Shown: positions 42,159 to 53,884, counted from the first letter of the stretch. The stretch is DNA of 64,000 nucleotides from an uncultured Legionellales bacterium (GCA_913046215.1 CAJWRJ010000004.1:2898-66897); one strand, 5' to 3'. Program-made: numbers and translations. Notes: generated from the letters alone by a model not told the origin.

Positions 42159-43361
42159 TTAACCAGCAATATTAGCCTTTGTATTTTCTTCTTTAAGCAT
42201 CGATCGAATCGCACGTAATGCCTGACGTATACGATGTTCATTTTCAATCAAGGCGAATCGAACAAAATTATCTCCATAACTACCGAAACCAATGCCAGGA
42301 GAAACCGCTACCTTGGCTTCAATTAATACCTTTTTTGAAAATTCAAGCGAACCCATTGCCTTGTATTGCTCAGGTATAGGTGCCCATACAAACATTGTGC
42401 CCTTCGGTTTGTCTATATTCCAGCCCATAGAGTTCAATCCATCGCACAAGACATCACGTCGTCCACAGTACATATCCCGTATATCTGAAACACATTGTTG
42501 ATCATCTTCAAGCGCGGTGATTGATGCAATTTGAATGGGTGTAAATGTTCCATAATCTAAATAAGATTTAATGCGTGAAAGCGCATTAACTAATGTCGGA
42601 TTACCAACCATAAACCCAACACGCCATCCAGGCATGTTGTAACTTTTTGACATTGAGAAAAATTCAACAGCAATATCTTTTGCATCAGGTACCTGTAAAA
42701 TGGATGGTGCTTTATATCCATCAAAAACAATATCAGCATAAGCTAAATCCTGTATTACCCATATTTTGTGTTCTCTCGCGATATCAATAATTTTGCTAAA
42801 AAAATCTAAATCAACGCACTGTGTTGTAGGATTACTGGGAAAATTTATAAGCAGCATTTTCGGTTTTGGCCACGAATCACGTATTGATTTTTGAAGTTCT
42901 TCAAAAAAATCGACATCTGGTCCTATTGGTATATGTCTGACATCGGCGCCTGCGATAACAAAACCAAATGGATGAATTGGGTAGGCCGGATTTGGTACAA
43001 GTACAGCATCGCCACGATCAACGACTGCCATCGCCAAATGTGCTAACCCTTCTTTTGACCCGAGAGTTACTATTGCCTCTGATTCTGGATCTAGGTCTAC
43101 ATCATAACGTGCTTTATACCAATTACAGATGGCGCGTCGTAAACGCGGGATTCCCTTTGAAATAGAATAACCATGAGTATCGTCGCGTTGTGATGCCTCA
43201 ACCAATTTTTCAACAATATGCTTTGGCGTAGGCTGATCGGGGTTGCCCATACCAAAATCGATAATATCCTCGCCACGATGACGAGCCTCCATCTTCAACT
43301 CATTAACGATATTGAATACATATGGCGGTAGTCGGTTAATTCGTGCAAATTCTTCGTTCAA
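42159..43361 (-). CDS. alaC: Class I PLP aminotransferase, AlaC-type
   Basis: [27 protein letters not shown]; alaC-hom-thrC synteny. Confidence 0.88.
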   Translation of the reverse strand: MNEEFARINRLPPYVFNIVNELKMEARHRGEDIIDFGMGNPDQPTPKHIVEKLVEASQRDDTHGYSISKGIPRLRRAICNWYKARYDVDLDPESEAIVTLGSKEGLAHLAMAVVDRGDAVLVPNPAYPIHPFGFVIAGADVRHIPIGPDVDFFEELQKSIRDSWPKPKMLLINFPSNPTTQCVDLDFFSKIIDIAREHKIWVIQDLAYADIVFDGYKAPSILQVPDAKDIAVEFFSMSKSYNMPGWRVGFMVGNPTLVNALSRIKSYLDYGTFTPIQIASITALEDDQQCVSDIRDMYCGRRDVLCDGLNSMGWNIDKPKGTMFVWAPIPEQYKAMGSLEFSKKVLIEAKVAVSPGIGFGSYGDNFVRFALIENEHRIRQALRAIRSMLKEENTKANIAG

Positions 43362-43469
43362 TTTATGTCTCTAAAAGCCTGAAAAAAATCAGATTATACG
43401 GTATAGCGTATCAACGATACAGAGGTCTTTCAGCTACCTGATTTTTTAAGATTTCAGTATAATCATTCC

Positions 43470-44300
43470 ATGACCTATGCTGCTGCGATTCAAATGGTGT
43501 CGACTGATACCGTTAGTAAAAATCTCGAACTATCTGAAAAACTGATCGAAGAAGCTGCTATAAAAAAAGCTAAGCTGATTACTTTACCTGAAAATTTTCC
43601 ACTAATGGGAAAACGGGATGAAGATCGATTAGCGATAGCCGAATCATTAAATAATGGGCCACTTCAATTATTTCTTAGTGAGCAATCAAAAAAACATAAA
43701 ATATGGTTATTAGGTGGCACAATTCCATTAAAAAGCAACAATCCCGAAAAAGTATTTGCAACAAATTTACTTTTTAATCCTAATGGAGAATGTATTGCAC
43801 GTTACGATAAAATACATCTATTTGATGTTATCCTAGATGATAAAATTGGAGAATCTTATAGAGAATCAAAAACCTTTGAATCAGGTGATAGTATTGTAGT
43901 AGCGCAAACAGAAATCGGAAATATTGGGCTCTCAGTTTGCTACGACTTAAGGTTTCCTGAGATGTACCGCAAAATGCATAATAAAAATGTTCAAATCATT
44001 ACAGCACCATCTGCATTTACAGCAACAACTGGTAAAGCACATTGGAAGACTTTATTAAAAACTCGCGCGATTGAGAACTTGTGTTATCTTATTGCTTCTA
44101 ATCAAGGAGGAGTACATGCGAGTGGCCGTGAAACTTGGGGGCATAGTATGATTATTGATCCTTGGGGTGAGGTACTAGCTGAAGTAGAAAATGAGACTGG
44201 AATAGCAGTTGCTAAAATTGATATTGATAAATTAATTTGTCTCAGAAAAAGTTTCCCAACACTAACACATAGAAAGCTGGATTATAATATAAATGAGTAA
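43470..44300 (+). CDS. Carbon-nitrogen hydrolase (Nit1-like)
   Basis: LPE, YDKIHLFD and CYDLRFPE (Glu-Lys-Cys triad); upstream of tldD. Confidence 0.9.
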   Translation: MTYAAAIQMVSTDTVSKNLELSEKLIEEAAIKKAKLITLPENFPLMGKRDEDRLAIAESLNNGPLQLFLSEQSKKHKIWLLGGTIPLKSNNPEKVFATNLLFNPNGECIARYDKIHLFDVILDDKIGESYRESKTFESGDSIVVAQTEIGNIGLSVCYDLRFPEMYRKMHNKNVQIITAPSAFTATTGKAHWKTLLKTRAIENLCYLIASNQGGVHASGRETWGHSMIIDPWGEVLAEVENETGIAVAKIDIDKLICLRKSFPTLTHRKLDYNINE

Positions 44301-45735
44301 AGCACTAGATGTAGCTAAAAATATTTTTCTCGATAATAAAGGGCTTGGTGTTAATGATGTAGAAAACACACTAGGACGAGTAATGTCACCATCTATTGAT
44401 CAAGCGGATCTTTATTTTCAGTCAACGCATGCTGAATCTTGGGTGCTTGAGGATCAAATCGTAAGAGAAGGTTCTCATAGTATCAATCAAGGTGTTGGTA
44501 TTCGCGCAATTAGTGGAGAAAAAACTGGTTTTGCCTACTCAGATGAAATTATATTGCCTGCTTTAACGCAGGCTGCAACAGCAGCACGCTCAATTGCTAA
44601 ACAGGGAAAGAGTGGTGAACAAAAAATTTTAGCTAGCGCGAACTCGCCTGTTTTATACACTGATAAAGATCCACTCAATTCGATCCCAACAGAAAACAAG
44701 GTGGATTTTTTAAAGAAATTAGATGAAGAGGCACGAAAAAAAGACCCACGAATCAAACAAGTACTAATTGGTTTAACAGGATCTCAGTCGACTATTTTAG
44801 TTGCAAATAGTGATGGAGTGTTGTGTGGAGATATCAGACCTCTTGTCCGGTTGAATATTAACATTATTGTTGAAGAAAATGGCCGTATTGAAAAAGGTGG
44901 TTCCGGGGGAGGTGGTCGGTTTGGGTATGAGTATTTTTTAAACGAAAATATGGCAATGTCCTACATTGATGAAGCACTTGAACAGGCGCTGATCAATCTT
45001 GAAGCCGAGGCTGCGCCCGCTGGTTCGATGCCAGTGGTGTTAGGACCAGGCTGGCCGGGTATTCTTCTGCATGAGGCAATTGGACATGGTCTTGAAGGTG
45101 ATTTTAATAGAAAAGAAACTTCCGCTTTCTCAGGGCGTATTGGTGAACGAGTTGCCGCTGCCGATGTCACTGTTGTTGATGATGGAACAATTGAAAATAG
45201 ACGTGGCTCATTAAATATTGATGATGAAGGGACGCCAACATCATGTACTACACTCATTGAGCGTGGAATATTGAAAGGTTATATGCAAGATAAACACAAT
45301 GCAAAATTAATGGGTGTTCAGTCCACTGGAAATGGTCGTCGTGAATCTTATGCTCATCTACCAATGCCAAGAATGACAAATACCTATATGTTAGGTGGCG
45401 AGCGTAATCCAGAAGAGATTATTGCGTCTGTTGATAATGGACTCTACGCTGTACAATTTGGTGGTGGGCAAGTTGATATTACTAATGGGAAATTCGTTTT
45501 CAATGCCAGTCAGGCATATAAAATTAAAAATGGTAAAGTAATAACACCAGTTAAGGGTGCAACAATCATTGGCAATGGGCCTGATGTACTAACGCGAGTC
45601 TCTATGGTAGGAAATGATATGGCACTTGATTCAGGAATTGGAACATGTGGTAAAGATGGTCAATCTGTGCCGGTCGGGGTCGGGCAACCCACAATTAAAA
45701 TTGATGAAATCACGGTTGGAGGAACTTCTGTATAA
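44293..45735 (+). CDS. tldD: Metalloprotease TldD
   Basis: LHEAIGHGLEGDF, PRMTNT, CGKDGQSVPVG. Confidence 0.96.
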   Translation: MSKALDVAKNIFLDNKGLGVNDVENTLGRVMSPSIDQADLYFQSTHAESWVLEDQIVREGSHSINQGVGIRAISGEKTGFAYSDEIILPALTQAATAARSIAKQGKSGEQKILASANSPVLYTDKDPLNSIPTENKVDFLKKLDEEARKKDPRIKQVLIGLTGSQSTILVANSDGVLCGDIRPLVRLNINIIVEENGRIEKGGSGGGGRFGYEYFLNENMAMSYIDEALEQALINLEAEAAPAGSMPVVLGPGWPGILLHEAIGHGLEGDFNRKETSAFSGRIGERVAAADVTVVDDGTIENRRGSLNIDDEGTPTSCTTLIERGILKGYMQDKHNAKLMGVQSTGNGRRESYAHLPMPRMTNTYMLGGERNPEEIIASVDNGLYAVQFGGGQVDITNGKFVFNASQAYKIKNGKVITPVKGATIIGNGPDVLTRVSMVGNDMALDSGIGTCGKDGQSVPVGVGQPTIKIDEITVGGTSV

Positions 45736-45840
45736 AATGAAATGAAGTGAAGTGATGCTCAAAATATTTTTCTTGTTTTTTTTATTATCTAAATGTTAAA
45801 ACTTGAAGGTGTGTTTTGATTAAATAATAAAAATTTACAT

Positions 45841-46989
45841 TCATTCGTCTCTGAGCCAAATAAAAGCAACTACCAAAGCACCAGTACTCATCAGTGCTGA
45901 AAATAAGAATATTTGCATAGAACCAAGATTCTCCCATAGATAACCACTGACTAACGTTCCTAAAGCAAGCCCTGCACCAAAGCTAACACTGCTATATAAC
46001 GCTTGGCCTCTACCCTGATGCTCCCCTTTAAACTCACGATGAATATATTGAATGGCAACTGCATGATAAACACCAAAGGTTGCTGCATGCAAACATTGTG
46101 TACATATTAAAATAAGTAAGTTATCGACAAAATAAGCAGTAAAAAACCATCGTATTGTTCCTAGAATTAGAGTAAGGATCATTAACGAGCGTAATTGAAA
46201 ATGACTGATTGCCTTATGAATAAACATATAGACGAGAACTTCTGCAACTACAGCAATTGCCCATGCTGTGCCAATAAAACTACTCGAATAATTATGCTCC
46301 TCCAAATAAATCGAAAAAAAAGTGTAATAAGGACCATGCCCCGCTTGAACTAAAAAACAAATAACTAGTAATGAGATAATATGAGGTTTGAGTAAAACAG
46401 ATTTAAAACTGTTCTTGGCTGGTTCATGTGCCTTTGTTTTAATTTCAGGTATAGATAGACTATTTAACCAAACTAATATCATTGAAAAAATAACTATTGG
46501 TACTAAACAAATAATCGGTTTGTACTCAAACAACTTTCCTAATAAGACAACAGATATAATAAAACCAACTGAACCCCATAATCTAACTTTGGTATAACTA
46601 TCACTTCTCTCACCCAGATGTGATAGCGTAATTGCCTCAATCTGTGGCAAAGCAGCACTCCAAAAAATTGAAAATATAAAAAGGATAATAAAAAGAGACC
46701 AAAAATCCTGATACAGCAAAACAAAAACAAAAGAAACGACAGATAATAATGATGTCATTCGAATCATCTGTATCCGTTTGCCTGTATGATCCACAATCCA
46801 TCCCCAAATAAAGGATGAAAAAATTTTATTGAAAACAATTATTGCCGATAAAATTCCAATCTCCTCAGCACTCATACCTAATGATTTAAGATAAGGTGAC
46901 CAATAAGGCATAAAAGCCCCAAGGGTTAGAAAAAATAGAAAATAAAAACCGGATAGCCGCCAATAAGGCAAACTATCTTTGACTACCAT
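45841..46989 (-). CDS. MFS transporter (HcaT/LacY-like group)
   Basis: About 12 TM segments; RLWGSVGF, HGPYYTF, HAATFG. Confidence 0.85.
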   Translation of the reverse strand: MVVKDSLPYWRLSGFYFLFFLTLGAFMPYWSPYLKSLGMSAEEIGILSAIIVFNKIFSSFIWGWIVDHTGKRIQMIRMTSLLSVVSFVFVLLYQDFWSLFIILFIFSIFWSAALPQIEAITLSHLGERSDSYTKVRLWGSVGFIISVVLLGKLFEYKPIICLVPIVIFSMILVWLNSLSIPEIKTKAHEPAKNSFKSVLLKPHIISLLVICFLVQAGHGPYYTFFSIYLEEHNYSSSFIGTAWAIAVVAEVLVYMFIHKAISHFQLRSLMILTLILGTIRWFFTAYFVDNLLILICTQCLHAATFGVYHAVAIQYIHREFKGEHQGRGQALYSSVSFGAGLALGTLVSGYLWENLGSMQIFLFSALMSTGALVVAFIWLRDE

Positions 46990-46991
46990 GA

Positions 46992-48089
46992 CTATTTACT
47001 TGAAGGAATGATAGGTGTTTCTGAAGCGACATCGGCATTTTGTGCGCGGTGTCGTAGTGCATGATCCATTATCACAAGAGCAAGCATAGCCTCGGCAATT
47101 GGTGTTGCCCGAATACCAACACAAGGATCATGTCGCCCTTTAGTCTCAACTTTAGTCGCTTTACCTGATTTATCAACTGTATTACCAGGAAGACGGATAC
47201 TTGATGTAGGTTTTAGTGCGACACTTACAATAATATCTTGTCCTGAGGAAATTCCGCCTAAAACACCGCCTGAATTATTACCAATAAAACCTTTTGGTGT
47301 TATTTCATCGCGATGCTGTGTACCTTTTTGTTCAACGCAACCAAAGCCAATTCCCAGTTCAACTCCTTTAACGGCATTAATGCTCATCATGCCTTTAGCA
47401 ATATCCGCATCTAAACGATCAAAAATTGGTTCTCCCAAACCAACTGGAATGTTTTCCGCATGGATATTAATACGTGCACCAACAGATTCGCCTTCTTTTC
47501 GAAGCGCATCCATATAGTCATCAAGCTCTGAAACACGACTCGCATCCGGACAGAAGAAAACATTATTTTCTACTTCATTCCAATCCTTATGTTCAATTCT
47601 GATTGGGCCAAGCTGTGACAAATACCCCCGAATAATTATCCCGAACTTTTCCTTAAGATATTTTTTTGCAATTGCGCCAGCAGCAACGCGCATACAGGTC
47701 TCACGTGCAGAGGCGCGACCTCCTCCTCGATAATCGCGAATACCATATTTTTGTTGATAGGTATAATCAGCATGGCCTGGGCGGAACATGTCGCTAATGT
47801 TACTGTAATCTTTAGATTTTTGATCTTCATTATCAATAATTAGACCAATAGGTGTTCCTGTAGTCACACCATCCAATACACCAGATGTAATTTTTACCAT
47901 ATCGGATTCTTTGCGCTGAGTAACATGTCTTGATTTTGCAGGTTTTCGACGATCTAGATCAATTTGTATATCTGCTTCTGAAAGTGTCATTCCTGGGGGG
48001 CAGCCATCCACAATACCTAAATAACCAACTCCATGGCTTTCACCAGATGTGGTTAAAGTAAATAATTTTCCGAAAGTATTACCAGACAT
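46992..48089 (-). CDS. aroC: Chorismate synthase
   Basis: [25 protein letters not shown]. Confidence 0.98.
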   Translation of the reverse strand: MSGNTFGKLFTLTTSGESHGVGYLGIVDGCPPGMTLSEADIQIDLDRRKPAKSRHVTQRKESDMVKITSGVLDGVTTGTPIGLIIDNEDQKSKDYSNISDMFRPGHADYTYQQKYGIRDYRGGGRASARETCMRVAAGAIAKKYLKEKFGIIIRGYLSQLGPIRIEHKDWNEVENNVFFCPDASRVSELDDYMDALRKEGESVGARINIHAENIPVGLGEPIFDRLDADIAKGMMSINAVKGVELGIGFGCVEQKGTQHRDEITPKGFIGNNSGGVLGGISSGQDIIVSVALKPTSSIRLPGNTVDKSGKATKVETKGRHDPCVGIRATPIAEAMLALVIMDHALRHRAQNADVASETPIIPSSK

Positions 48090-48154
48090 AATGGTATATT
48101 GTATACGAAATGAAGATTTCTTACATTAACGCAGAATAAAATAAAATAACTTTT

Positions 48155-48691
48155 ATGAATATTAGCTATCTAAAAAAAACAAAAATAATTCTTTTTAGTG
48201 TTCTTTTTGGTTTTAACACATCAATACCAGCAGAGGTAACAAAGCTTAAACTAACTAATATAAATGGCTCCGAACAAATGATGAGCGAATATATCGGTCA
48301 ACAAAAATGGGTTTTAGTAAATGTCTGGAGTCCAACCTGTTCATTTTGTGTTCAGGAATTGCCCAAAATAACCATATTAAAAAAAAACAACCCTGAAATA
48401 GCTGTCATTGCTGCTACTATCGACTACCCAAGCTTCGAATATGGTCGAATTGAAATTGTCAAAAAATTTCTAGAGAAATTTCCCCAAGAATACCCGATAT
48501 TCTTAGCCGATATTGATCAGGTATCAGAATTAATAGATATGAGACTAGTGGGAATACCGCTAATTGCACTTTTCAACCCTAAAGGTGAGCCAGTAGCTCG
48601 TTGGCCTGGTGAAATTGAAGTTGACGAAATAGAAAACTTTATCGAAAATTTTGAAGAGGATAATGACCCGCTCTCATCAGGATTTAATTAA
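48155..48691 (+). CDS. TlpA-like exported thioredoxin-fold protein
   Basis: VNVWSPTCSFCVQELP (CxxC), GIP cis-Pro loop, signal-like N-terminus. Confidence 0.8.
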   Translation: MNISYLKKTKIILFSVLFGFNTSIPAEVTKLKLTNINGSEQMMSEYIGQQKWVLVNVWSPTCSFCVQELPKITILKKNNPEIAVIAATIDYPSFEYGRIEIVKKFLEKFPQEYPIFLADIDQVSELIDMRLVGIPLIALFNPKGEPVARWPGEIEVDEIENFIENFEEDNDPLSSGFN

Positions 48692-48695
48692 AATA

Positions 48696-50336
48696 TTATT
48701 TATCTATTAGTGGCTCATAGCCTGGAATATCTCGAAGATTGATCTCATCAATTTGATCTTTACTAAGATATTCATTTGCATATTTTAAGTATATTTTCTG
48801 GTTCATGAAAACATCAAATAAATCAGGATCAATATGTTTTTCTACTTTCATACGTCCTAAAATTTTAAGTGCTTGAGATAACAACATACCCTTCTTATAA
48901 GGTCTATCGCCAGCGGTTAGTGCCTCAAAAATATCAGCTATCGCGATCATTCTAGCTGGAATGGACATCTGCTCCCCATTTAATTGATTAGGATAGCCAG
49001 TGCCATCCATCTTTTCATGATGACACCCAGCAAACTCGGGGACATTTTTTAGGTGTTTAGGGTAAGGTAATGATTCGAGCATTTTAATAGTAACGGTAAC
49101 ATGATTATTAATTATTTGTCGTTCTGTATCGTTGAGTGTACCGCGTGATATTTTTAAATTCTCTACTTCTTCGCTATTCAATAATGGAATCTTATTATGA
49201 CCTGAGTCTTTATATTTTCTTTTTGAAATTTCTTGAATACGTTTTTTATCAAAATCTAAAAGTGATTCACCCCCTATATTATATTTTTCAATTTCTTTCT
49301 TTTCCTTTTCAAGTTCAACTAACACACTTTGTAAAGAAGCATCTTCTTTAAGAGCTTGATCAATATCATCGTAATTCATATCTTTTTTTAATATTAGCTT
49401 AAGTGCATCAATCACAGCATCTCTTTTTAATATTTCAAATCTTGTATGTACGAGATTAATACGGTCAAATATTGTCTCTAACTTAGTTGCTTTGTCGACA
49501 ACATATTCCGGTGTAGTTATTTTTCCACAATCATGTAGCCATGCCGCAACACTAAGTTCATACATTTCTGTGTCTGACATAAAGAAATTACCTAATGGTC
49601 CTTTATTAATTTCATTTGTTGCATTTGCTAACATTTCTGTTATCGCGGGAACACGACGGCAATGCCCTGCGGTATATGGTGATTTTTCATCAATTGCTGT
49701 TGCAATAAGTTGAATAAATGAATCAAATAATTTTCTCTGAGACTCAATTAATGTTTGATTAGTAATAGTAACAGCGGCCTGTGAAGCTAGTGACTCGATT
49801 AACTGCTGGTCTAATGCACTAAATGCTACGATTTCGTTTGTGGTCTTATCAATACTATTAATTAATTGCAAAACGCCAATAATATCATGCTCATGATTTG
49901 CCATCGGTACTGTCAAAAATGAAGTGGATCGATAGCCCATTTTTTTATCGAACGTTCTTGTGCCAGAAAAATCAAAATCAGTATTAGTGTAAGCATCCTT
50001 AATATTTATCGTCTTTTCGCTATTTACCGCATGCGCAGCAACCATTTGATTATTTTTGTTACCTTTTGCATCGAAAAGTGAAATTGATGGTAATGAGATT
50101 TCTTTGCCACTGGTACCACCTATATGAATTCCTAAAGAACGATTATGTAATATCTCAAATTCGAGACTATTTTTATTAGAAATATATAGAGTCCCGCCAT
50201 CCGAATTTGTAATATCCATCGCTTTGACTAGTATTAGTTCGAGTAAACGATTGTGGTCTTTTTCTGAAGAAAGTGCGATACCAATCTCGGTTAACTCGCT
50301 AAGCAAACTTGAAATATTATTTAAGGATTGATCCAT
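48696..50336 (-). CDS. GAF + HD-GYP phosphodiesterase
   Basis: N-terminal GAF-like region; WLHDCGK, HHEKMDGTGYP, ADIFEALTAGDRPYK. Confidence 0.9.
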   Translation of the reverse strand: MDQSLNNISSLLSELTEIGIALSSEKDHNRLLELILVKAMDITNSDGGTLYISNKNSLEFEILHNRSLGIHIGGTSGKEISLPSISLFDAKGNKNNQMVAAHAVNSEKTINIKDAYTNTDFDFSGTRTFDKKMGYRSTSFLTVPMANHEHDIIGVLQLINSIDKTTNEIVAFSALDQQLIESLASQAAVTITNQTLIESQRKLFDSFIQLIATAIDEKSPYTAGHCRRVPAITEMLANATNEINKGPLGNFFMSDTEMYELSVAAWLHDCGKITTPEYVVDKATKLETIFDRINLVHTRFEILKRDAVIDALKLILKKDMNYDDIDQALKEDASLQSVLVELEKEKKEIEKYNIGGESLLDFDKKRIQEISKRKYKDSGHNKIPLLNSEEVENLKISRGTLNDTERQIINNHVTVTIKMLESLPYPKHLKNVPEFAGCHHEKMDGTGYPNQLNGEQMSIPARMIAIADIFEALTAGDRPYKKGMLLSQALKILGRMKVEKHIDPDLFDVFMNQKIYLKYANEYLSKDQIDEINLRDIPGYEPLIDK

Positions 50337-50429
50337 ATTGAAAAATCATACACTCTAATTTGATACATATTATAAAGTGTGAAATAAAATGAATTAGATT
50401 TCTAGTTATATCTGAACTGTTTTATAAAA

Positions 50430-52328
50430 TTATTTAGACATTGCGATAATCATCGAGTTTAATTTATTAATAAAGCCAACCGGATCAGTCAATTGGCCCC
50501 CTTCACTAAGTAAAGCTTGATCAAACAATATATGCGACCAATCATTAAACAGCGCATTATCTTTCTCGCTACCAATTTTTTTTACAATTGGGTGATCAGG
50601 GTTTATCTCAAGTATCGGCTTGGAGTCAGGAACAGTCTGTCCTGATGCTTGTAATATTTGCTCAAGATGTCGCCCCATATCATTTGAGTCACTCACAAGG
50701 CAAGCAGGCGAGGTTGTTAATCGCTCTGTAATACGAACATCTTTGACTTTTTCACTCATCACGCCTTTTATTCGCTCAACTAACTCATCATTTGCTTTAC
50801 TATTTTTCTTGCGCTTATTTTTATCGTCTTCGCTTTGTATGTCGCCAAGATCAAGTTCACCTTTATTGACTGATTGGAATGCTTTTCCATCAAATTCAGT
50901 AAGATGTGAAGTTACCCATTCGTCTATTGGGTCTGACAATATCAGAACCTCGATACCCTTCTTTTTGAAAATCTCAAGATGAGGGCTACTTTTAGCCATC
51001 ATGTATGAATCAGCAATAACATAATAAATTGAATTTTGACCCTCTTGCATGCGGTCAACATAGTCTTTTAAAGAGACTTTTTGCTCCTCTGTGTCCTCAT
51101 GTGTACTCGAAAACCTAAATAAAAAAGATAAGTCTTCCTTATAATCTTGAGTATCTACGACACCTTCTTTCAGAACTTTACCAAATATCTTCCAAAATCC
51201 TTGATATTTTTCTTCATCCTTCGTCATAGTTTTTAATAGACTAATTATTTTTTTCGTACAACCTGAACGAATTGAATCAACAACTTTATTTTGTTGAAGT
51301 ATTTCTCTCGAAATATTTAGAGGTAGATCATCCGAATCAACAACGCCCTTCACAAAACGTAACCAAGAAGGCAAAAGTTGTTTTGCATCATCCATAATAA
51401 AAATGCGACGAATATAAAGTTTTACTCCGTGACGCTGCTCTCTGTCCCATAAATCAAATGGCGCCCGAGAAGGCAGATATAAAAGAGAGGTATATTCGAG
51501 CTTACCTTCAACTTTATTATGAGCATAAGCGATTGGATCCTCAAAATCATGAGCTATATGTTTATAAAACTCATTATATTCATCATCATTTATATCTTTC
51601 TTGTTACGCGTCCAGATTGCAGTTGCACTGTTTACTGTATCTTCGCCTGTAACATCTTTTTCCTCATCACTGCTCTCATCATCTTTATCCATATTAATAG
51701 GAAAAGATATATGATCGGAATATTTTGTAATAATATTCTTTAACTTAAAACTATCTAAAAATTCTTCAGCGTCATCGCGTAAATGTAGAATAACTTTTGT
51801 TCCTCGTTTTGGCTTATCGACTATTTCTATCGTATACTCACTCTCTCCTTCAGATACCCAATGAACGCCATTAGCTCTATCTTCGCCAGCTCGCCTTGTT
51901 ATAACCTCTACTTTCTTAGCAACTATAAAACATGAATAAAAGCCAACGCCAAATTGTCCAATCAGTTGTGAATCCTTAGTCTGGTCGCCTGTCAGTGAAT
52001 CAAAAAACTCTTTTGTCCCAGATTTAGCAATAGTTCCAAGATTTTCAATAACCTCCTCCCTGCTCATACCTATTCCATTATCTACAACAGTAATGGTTTT
52101 TAAATCCTTATTAAATTCTATCTTTATTTTTAGATCTGCATCTTTCTCATATAACTCATCATTCTTTAACGCCTCAAAACGTAGTTTATCTTCTGCATCA
52201 GAGGCATTTGAAATTAATTCACGTAAAAATATTTCTCTATTGCTATATAGAGAATGGATCATTAAATCTAATAATTGCTTAACTTCTGTTTGAAACCCGA
52301 GGGTTTCTTGATTTTCTTTCGCGGACAT
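50430..52328 (-). CDS. htpG: Chaperone HtpG (Hsp90)
   Basis: FLRELISNASDA, DNGIGM, IGQFGVGFYS. Confidence 0.98.
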   Translation of the reverse strand: MSAKENQETLGFQTEVKQLLDLMIHSLYSNREIFLRELISNASDAEDKLRFEALKNDELYEKDADLKIKIEFNKDLKTITVVDNGIGMSREEVIENLGTIAKSGTKEFFDSLTGDQTKDSQLIGQFGVGFYSCFIVAKKVEVITRRAGEDRANGVHWVSEGESEYTIEIVDKPKRGTKVILHLRDDAEEFLDSFKLKNIITKYSDHISFPINMDKDDESSDEEKDVTGEDTVNSATAIWTRNKKDINDDEYNEFYKHIAHDFEDPIAYAHNKVEGKLEYTSLLYLPSRAPFDLWDREQRHGVKLYIRRIFIMDDAKQLLPSWLRFVKGVVDSDDLPLNISREILQQNKVVDSIRSGCTKKIISLLKTMTKDEEKYQGFWKIFGKVLKEGVVDTQDYKEDLSFLFRFSSTHEDTEEQKVSLKDYVDRMQEGQNSIYYVIADSYMMAKSSPHLEIFKKKGIEVLILSDPIDEWVTSHLTEFDGKAFQSVNKGELDLGDIQSEDDKNKRKKNSKANDELVERIKGVMSEKVKDVRITERLTTSPACLVSDSNDMGRHLEQILQASGQTVPDSKPILEINPDHPIVKKIGSEKDNALFNDWSHILFDQALLSEGGQLTDPVGFINKLNSMIIAMSK

Positions 52329-52366
52329 ATTTTAAACCTCAAAAATTCATTATTTAGCACATATTT

Positions 52367-52395
52367 ATATTTGGACTACCTCCAGTAATTTCAAG
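52367..52395 (-). promoter_or_regulatory. Sigma32 heat-shock promoter of htpG
   Basis: CTTGAAA-N14-CCAAATAT compared with the consensus CTTGAAA-N13-17-CCCCATNT. Confidence 0.7.
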
Positions 52396-52508
52396 GCCAA
52401 AGCTATAGTCGTATTTATATACTGGAGTGAAAATACTATTCAGCATATCATTATATTCGACAAAAAAAATATCCGACAATAAAAAAATTGATAAATGGAG
52501 TATATTGA

Positions 52509-52982
52509 ATGAACTATTATAGATTGATAATCTTAATATTACTTTCATTAAACATAGGATGTAATGAAACATACATCGTTAACGATACCAATATTAAAGT
52601 TAATATTACTTCGATCGAACAACTAGCAGACAATGCCTATAATAATCAAGTCTGGGAAGATGTTATCAAGTATTATAGGAAATTAATAAAAATATCACCA
52701 CATGAACCAGAATTATTTTTTCGTGTAGGAAATGCTCACAGCCACTTAGGTGAAACTGATTCCGCTATTGTAGCTTATAAAAAAGCACTAGAAACTGACC
52801 AGTTTAATAGCAAGATTCTACATAATCTGGGAGTAGCTCAATTAAGAGAATCAACGAAAACATTTGTAAAATTAAAAGAACACACGAACTTAAATGATCC
52901 GTTGAATACCAGATCAAGGCTTGTAATCAATGCTATTGTTGAATTATTAAATAAAGAATCTATGACAAAATTTGAAAATTAG
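52509..52982 (+). CDS. TPR-repeat protein, probable lipoprotein
   Basis: Lipobox-like NIG-C; TPR patterns RVGNAH, AYKKALE and HNLGVA. Confidence 0.75.
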   Translation: MNYYRLIILILLSLNIGCNETYIVNDTNIKVNITSIEQLADNAYNNQVWEDVIKYYRKLIKISPHEPELFFRVGNAHSHLGETDSAIVAYKKALETDQFNSKILHNLGVAQLRESTKTFVKLKEHTNLNDPLNTRSRLVINAIVELLNKESMTKFEN

Positions 52983-53087
52983 AAATGACAGAATGTAAAA
53001 TATATTCTTTATTAATTGATATGTGTGTAGAATTAGACCCGATATATAAAATTATAAGAAAAAATATATAAAATATAAGGAAAAAAG

Positions 53088-53411
53088 ATGCCGTTTGTTG
53101 TAACTCAAAATTGTATTAAATGTAAATACACTGATTGTGTTGAAGTTTGTCCAGTTGATTGCTTTCATGAAGGACCAAATATGCTAGTTATTGATCCGGA
53201 TGAATGTATAGACTGTACTTTATGTGAACCAGAGTGCCCTATTGAAGCGATTATGTGTGATGAGGATGTGCCTGAAGATATGAATGAATTTATAGAATTA
53301 AATGCCGAATTATCAAAGAAGTGGCCTGTTATAAATGAAATGAAATCTCCGCCTGACGATGTAGAAGAATGGAAAGAACAAAAAGGAAAGATCAAATATT
53401 TAGAAAAATAA
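53088..53411 (+). CDS. fdxA: 7Fe ferredoxin (FdI-type)
   Basis: [17 protein letters not shown] and [12 protein letters not shown]. Confidence 0.95.
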   Translation: MPFVVTQNCIKCKYTDCVEVCPVDCFHEGPNMLVIDPDECIDCTLCEPECPIEAIMCDEDVPEDMNEFIELNAELSKKWPVINEMKSPPDDVEEWKEQKGKIKYLEK

Positions 53412-53420
53412 TAAATTTAA

Positions 53421-53840
53421 TTATAAAATTTTCATTAAGCATTCAATATATTCGTTTTCATCGGGAGGCATTTTCTTCGATTGTGCGTCCCATAAAATCT
53501 TACCTAAGCATTCCATCATTTTATGTTCTGCGTTATGAGTTGAGCCAGACTGGGAGATTAGTTCATTAAAAATCCTAGTAATACCTGATGGTCTATTAGA
53601 GTTGATCTGTTCTTGTAAGGCAATATGCATACTCATGTGCAAAAAAGGATTACCATAATTATCATCTATGCTCGCATCCTCAATAGATTTTTTTGAATTA
53701 AGATAACTATGATATTCAGGATGCTTGAGAATAACATCTAAAATTAAAACTTCTATAGTTTCTAGTGGTTGCTTATTTTTTTGTTTCTCCCATACATTAA
53801 AAAAATAAGATCTAGATTCATTTCTATCTTTAAAAAACAT
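53421..53840 (-). CDS. DUF1841 family protein
   Basis: HPEYH, NPFLHMSMHIAL, HNAEH-MECL; adjacent to nth. Confidence 0.85.
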   Translation of the reverse strand: MFFKDRNESRSYFFNVWEKQKNKQPLETIEVLILDVILKHPEYHSYLNSKKSIEDASIDDNYGNPFLHMSMHIALQEQINSNRPSGITRIFNELISQSGSTHNAEHKMMECLGKILWDAQSKKMPPDENEYIECLMKIL

Positions 53841-53884
53841 TTCTCTTTACCAAAAAAATTTTTTTAACTATCATTAGAGGTGAA

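Noticed and set aside
44293-45735. TldD (and the M17 aminopeptidase) as maturation proteases for the RiPP
   Set aside because: They are several kb away in ordinary housekeeping contexts, and the precursor has a Sec signal that signal peptidase can remove.
45736-45765. Short AATGA/AGTGA tandem and a tiny ORF after tldD
   Set aside because: Too short and low in complexity; no evidence of a pmbA remnant or of function.
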